Origin: Zygnema circumcarinatum SAG 698-1b
Taxonomy: Eukaryota; Plantae; Zygnematophyceae
Assembly: GCA_037447605.1 (NCBI GenBank)
Contig: CM074817.1
Coordinates: 372,001 to 436,000, forward strand
Length of the DNA stretch: 64,000 bases
Direction of reading: 5' to 3'
Below the pieces are notes generated by a model. It was not told the origin of the DNA and did not search any database. It was given only the letters and a program-made list of their open reading frames with translations. The position numbers and the translations under genes are program-made. The first letter of the stretch is position 1, and every line of letters starts with the position of its first letter. Positions 62,620 through 64,000 of the stretch are shown here, one piece after another.

Positions 62620-64000
62620 CTCCGAGGTCTGTCTCACTCCCCTCTCCGATTTCTCAATCCGCTCCTCCCTCTCTGACCTCTTCCCTTAAGTCCTCCCCTG
62701 CAGGAACGGTCACGGCCATGGCCTGGCTATATATGCGCGAGCCGCCGCCCTCCCTCGCGGGGTGCGCGTCGCGCCACGTCACCATGCAGCCGTCCGGAGC
62801 GGGCCGCCTGTACGGCCTCCAAACATTTTGGTGCTGCCCGCTGCCATGGGCAGCAGGCTGCAGCTGCCCGGGTTTGCAGCTGGCTGCCCGGGCGAGTGCG
62901 GCCGCCGGTTGGAGCGCGCAGCGGGGCGCCACGTCGGCGGACGGGCGGGTGGGCGGGCGCGGGCCCCTCAAGGCGCGGCCCCGCGGGCGCTACGTCGCCG
63001 GGCGAGGGCGAGGGCGACCGCCGCCGCAGCCCCCGCCAGGCATGCCATGCCGGGCCATGCAGGCATGCGCGCCGCGTGCCCGCACGTGTGGACTCTACGC
63101 GTCGAGCTGCTCTCGAGATTCTTCTTTTCGAGTTTTTTTGTTTGTTAGTAAAGTAGGGGTGACGTGGAAGCCAATTGCTCAAACGTTTTGCCAGCCCGAA
63201 AAAGCGGTTTATTGTGCAGGAAATGCATGCAGCGAATCGCTGGCTGCCACGTGTAGAGTGTTGAAGATTTGGTGCCAACTTTGACGTTTTGCGGCACGGC
63301 TGGTGGTTTTCCCCCCACGCCCGCCCGCCTGCCTGCGCGGCAATCTGCGGTCCAAAAAATCAATGGACCGCGGTGAGGCCGCGACAGTCGCCGCGAGTTA
63401 GTTGGCCCCGCCAATGAGGAGCCACCGACCACGGGACTGTCGGCGCGGGGATATCTTTGACGTTTTCCACGCCGGGCGGGATCCATGCACTCATTTTCGC
63501 GACTGTTCCCGTCCAGTTCGTGGAACTGTGTGGGGGGTTGCGGGGCGGGTTTCTGACAAGCGCGCTGTTCATGTGACACGACGCGAAGCTGAAAATCGCG
63601 CTGCACTGCCGGCCAATCAATCTCGGCGGTCCGGCCACGTGGGCGCACTCACCTGCCACAGTGAGTACAGTACAGCAAGGCGCCATGTGCGCCAGCGACT
63701 GTACGGAAGGATGCGCTGGATACTAGTACGCACGCACTCCTTTGATGGCGAATCGGATCTTCTCGGAGCCTTCGAACGCAGAAGACCAATGGAGAACCGG
63801 CGTACCACATCATGGTCGTCTTCGAATCTTTGTTAGGATCTTAAGGAGATCTTATAACCTAATTGGCTTTCGATCTGCCTACCGCCAGCCTGGCCCGACG
63901 AATGCGAAGCCCTTGCATGGCTTGAGGCCAGACTCGGAGAGAGGGAGAGATCTGTTCTGGGTGATTCCAGGCAGTCCAGATACGGTAGACCTCGGAACTC

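Noticed and set aside
62650-64000. ORFs of 100-224 aa upstream of the F-box gene
   Set aside because: GC-rich promoter with G-boxes and TATA; translations are low-complexity without domains

Overview
Intron-rich eukaryotic nuclear DNA with three N-gaps. The gene content is green-plant type (MTP7/ZnT9-like CDF transporter, GOT1, plant-type TPX2, PEPKR-like kinase, GH2 endo-beta-mannosidase, F-box/LRR, MDR reductase, extended SDR). It also carries cobalamin-trafficking machinery that land plants do not use, so a streptophyte alga is the likeliest source (inference). About 15 protein-coding genes were reconstructed by hand from GT-AG boundaries, plus a 5'-truncated CRE-type non-LTR retrotransposon, two short 3'-end relics of it, a hAT MITE and several repeats. 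The stand-out is the minus-strand gene at 24228-29409: an ABCD4 (cblJ)-type half ABC transporter with an MMADHC (cblD)-like domain inserted in frame between its transmembrane and nucleotide-binding domains. This looks like a single-chain B12 exporter/chaperone fusion. All family calls come from recalled motifs; no database search was run.
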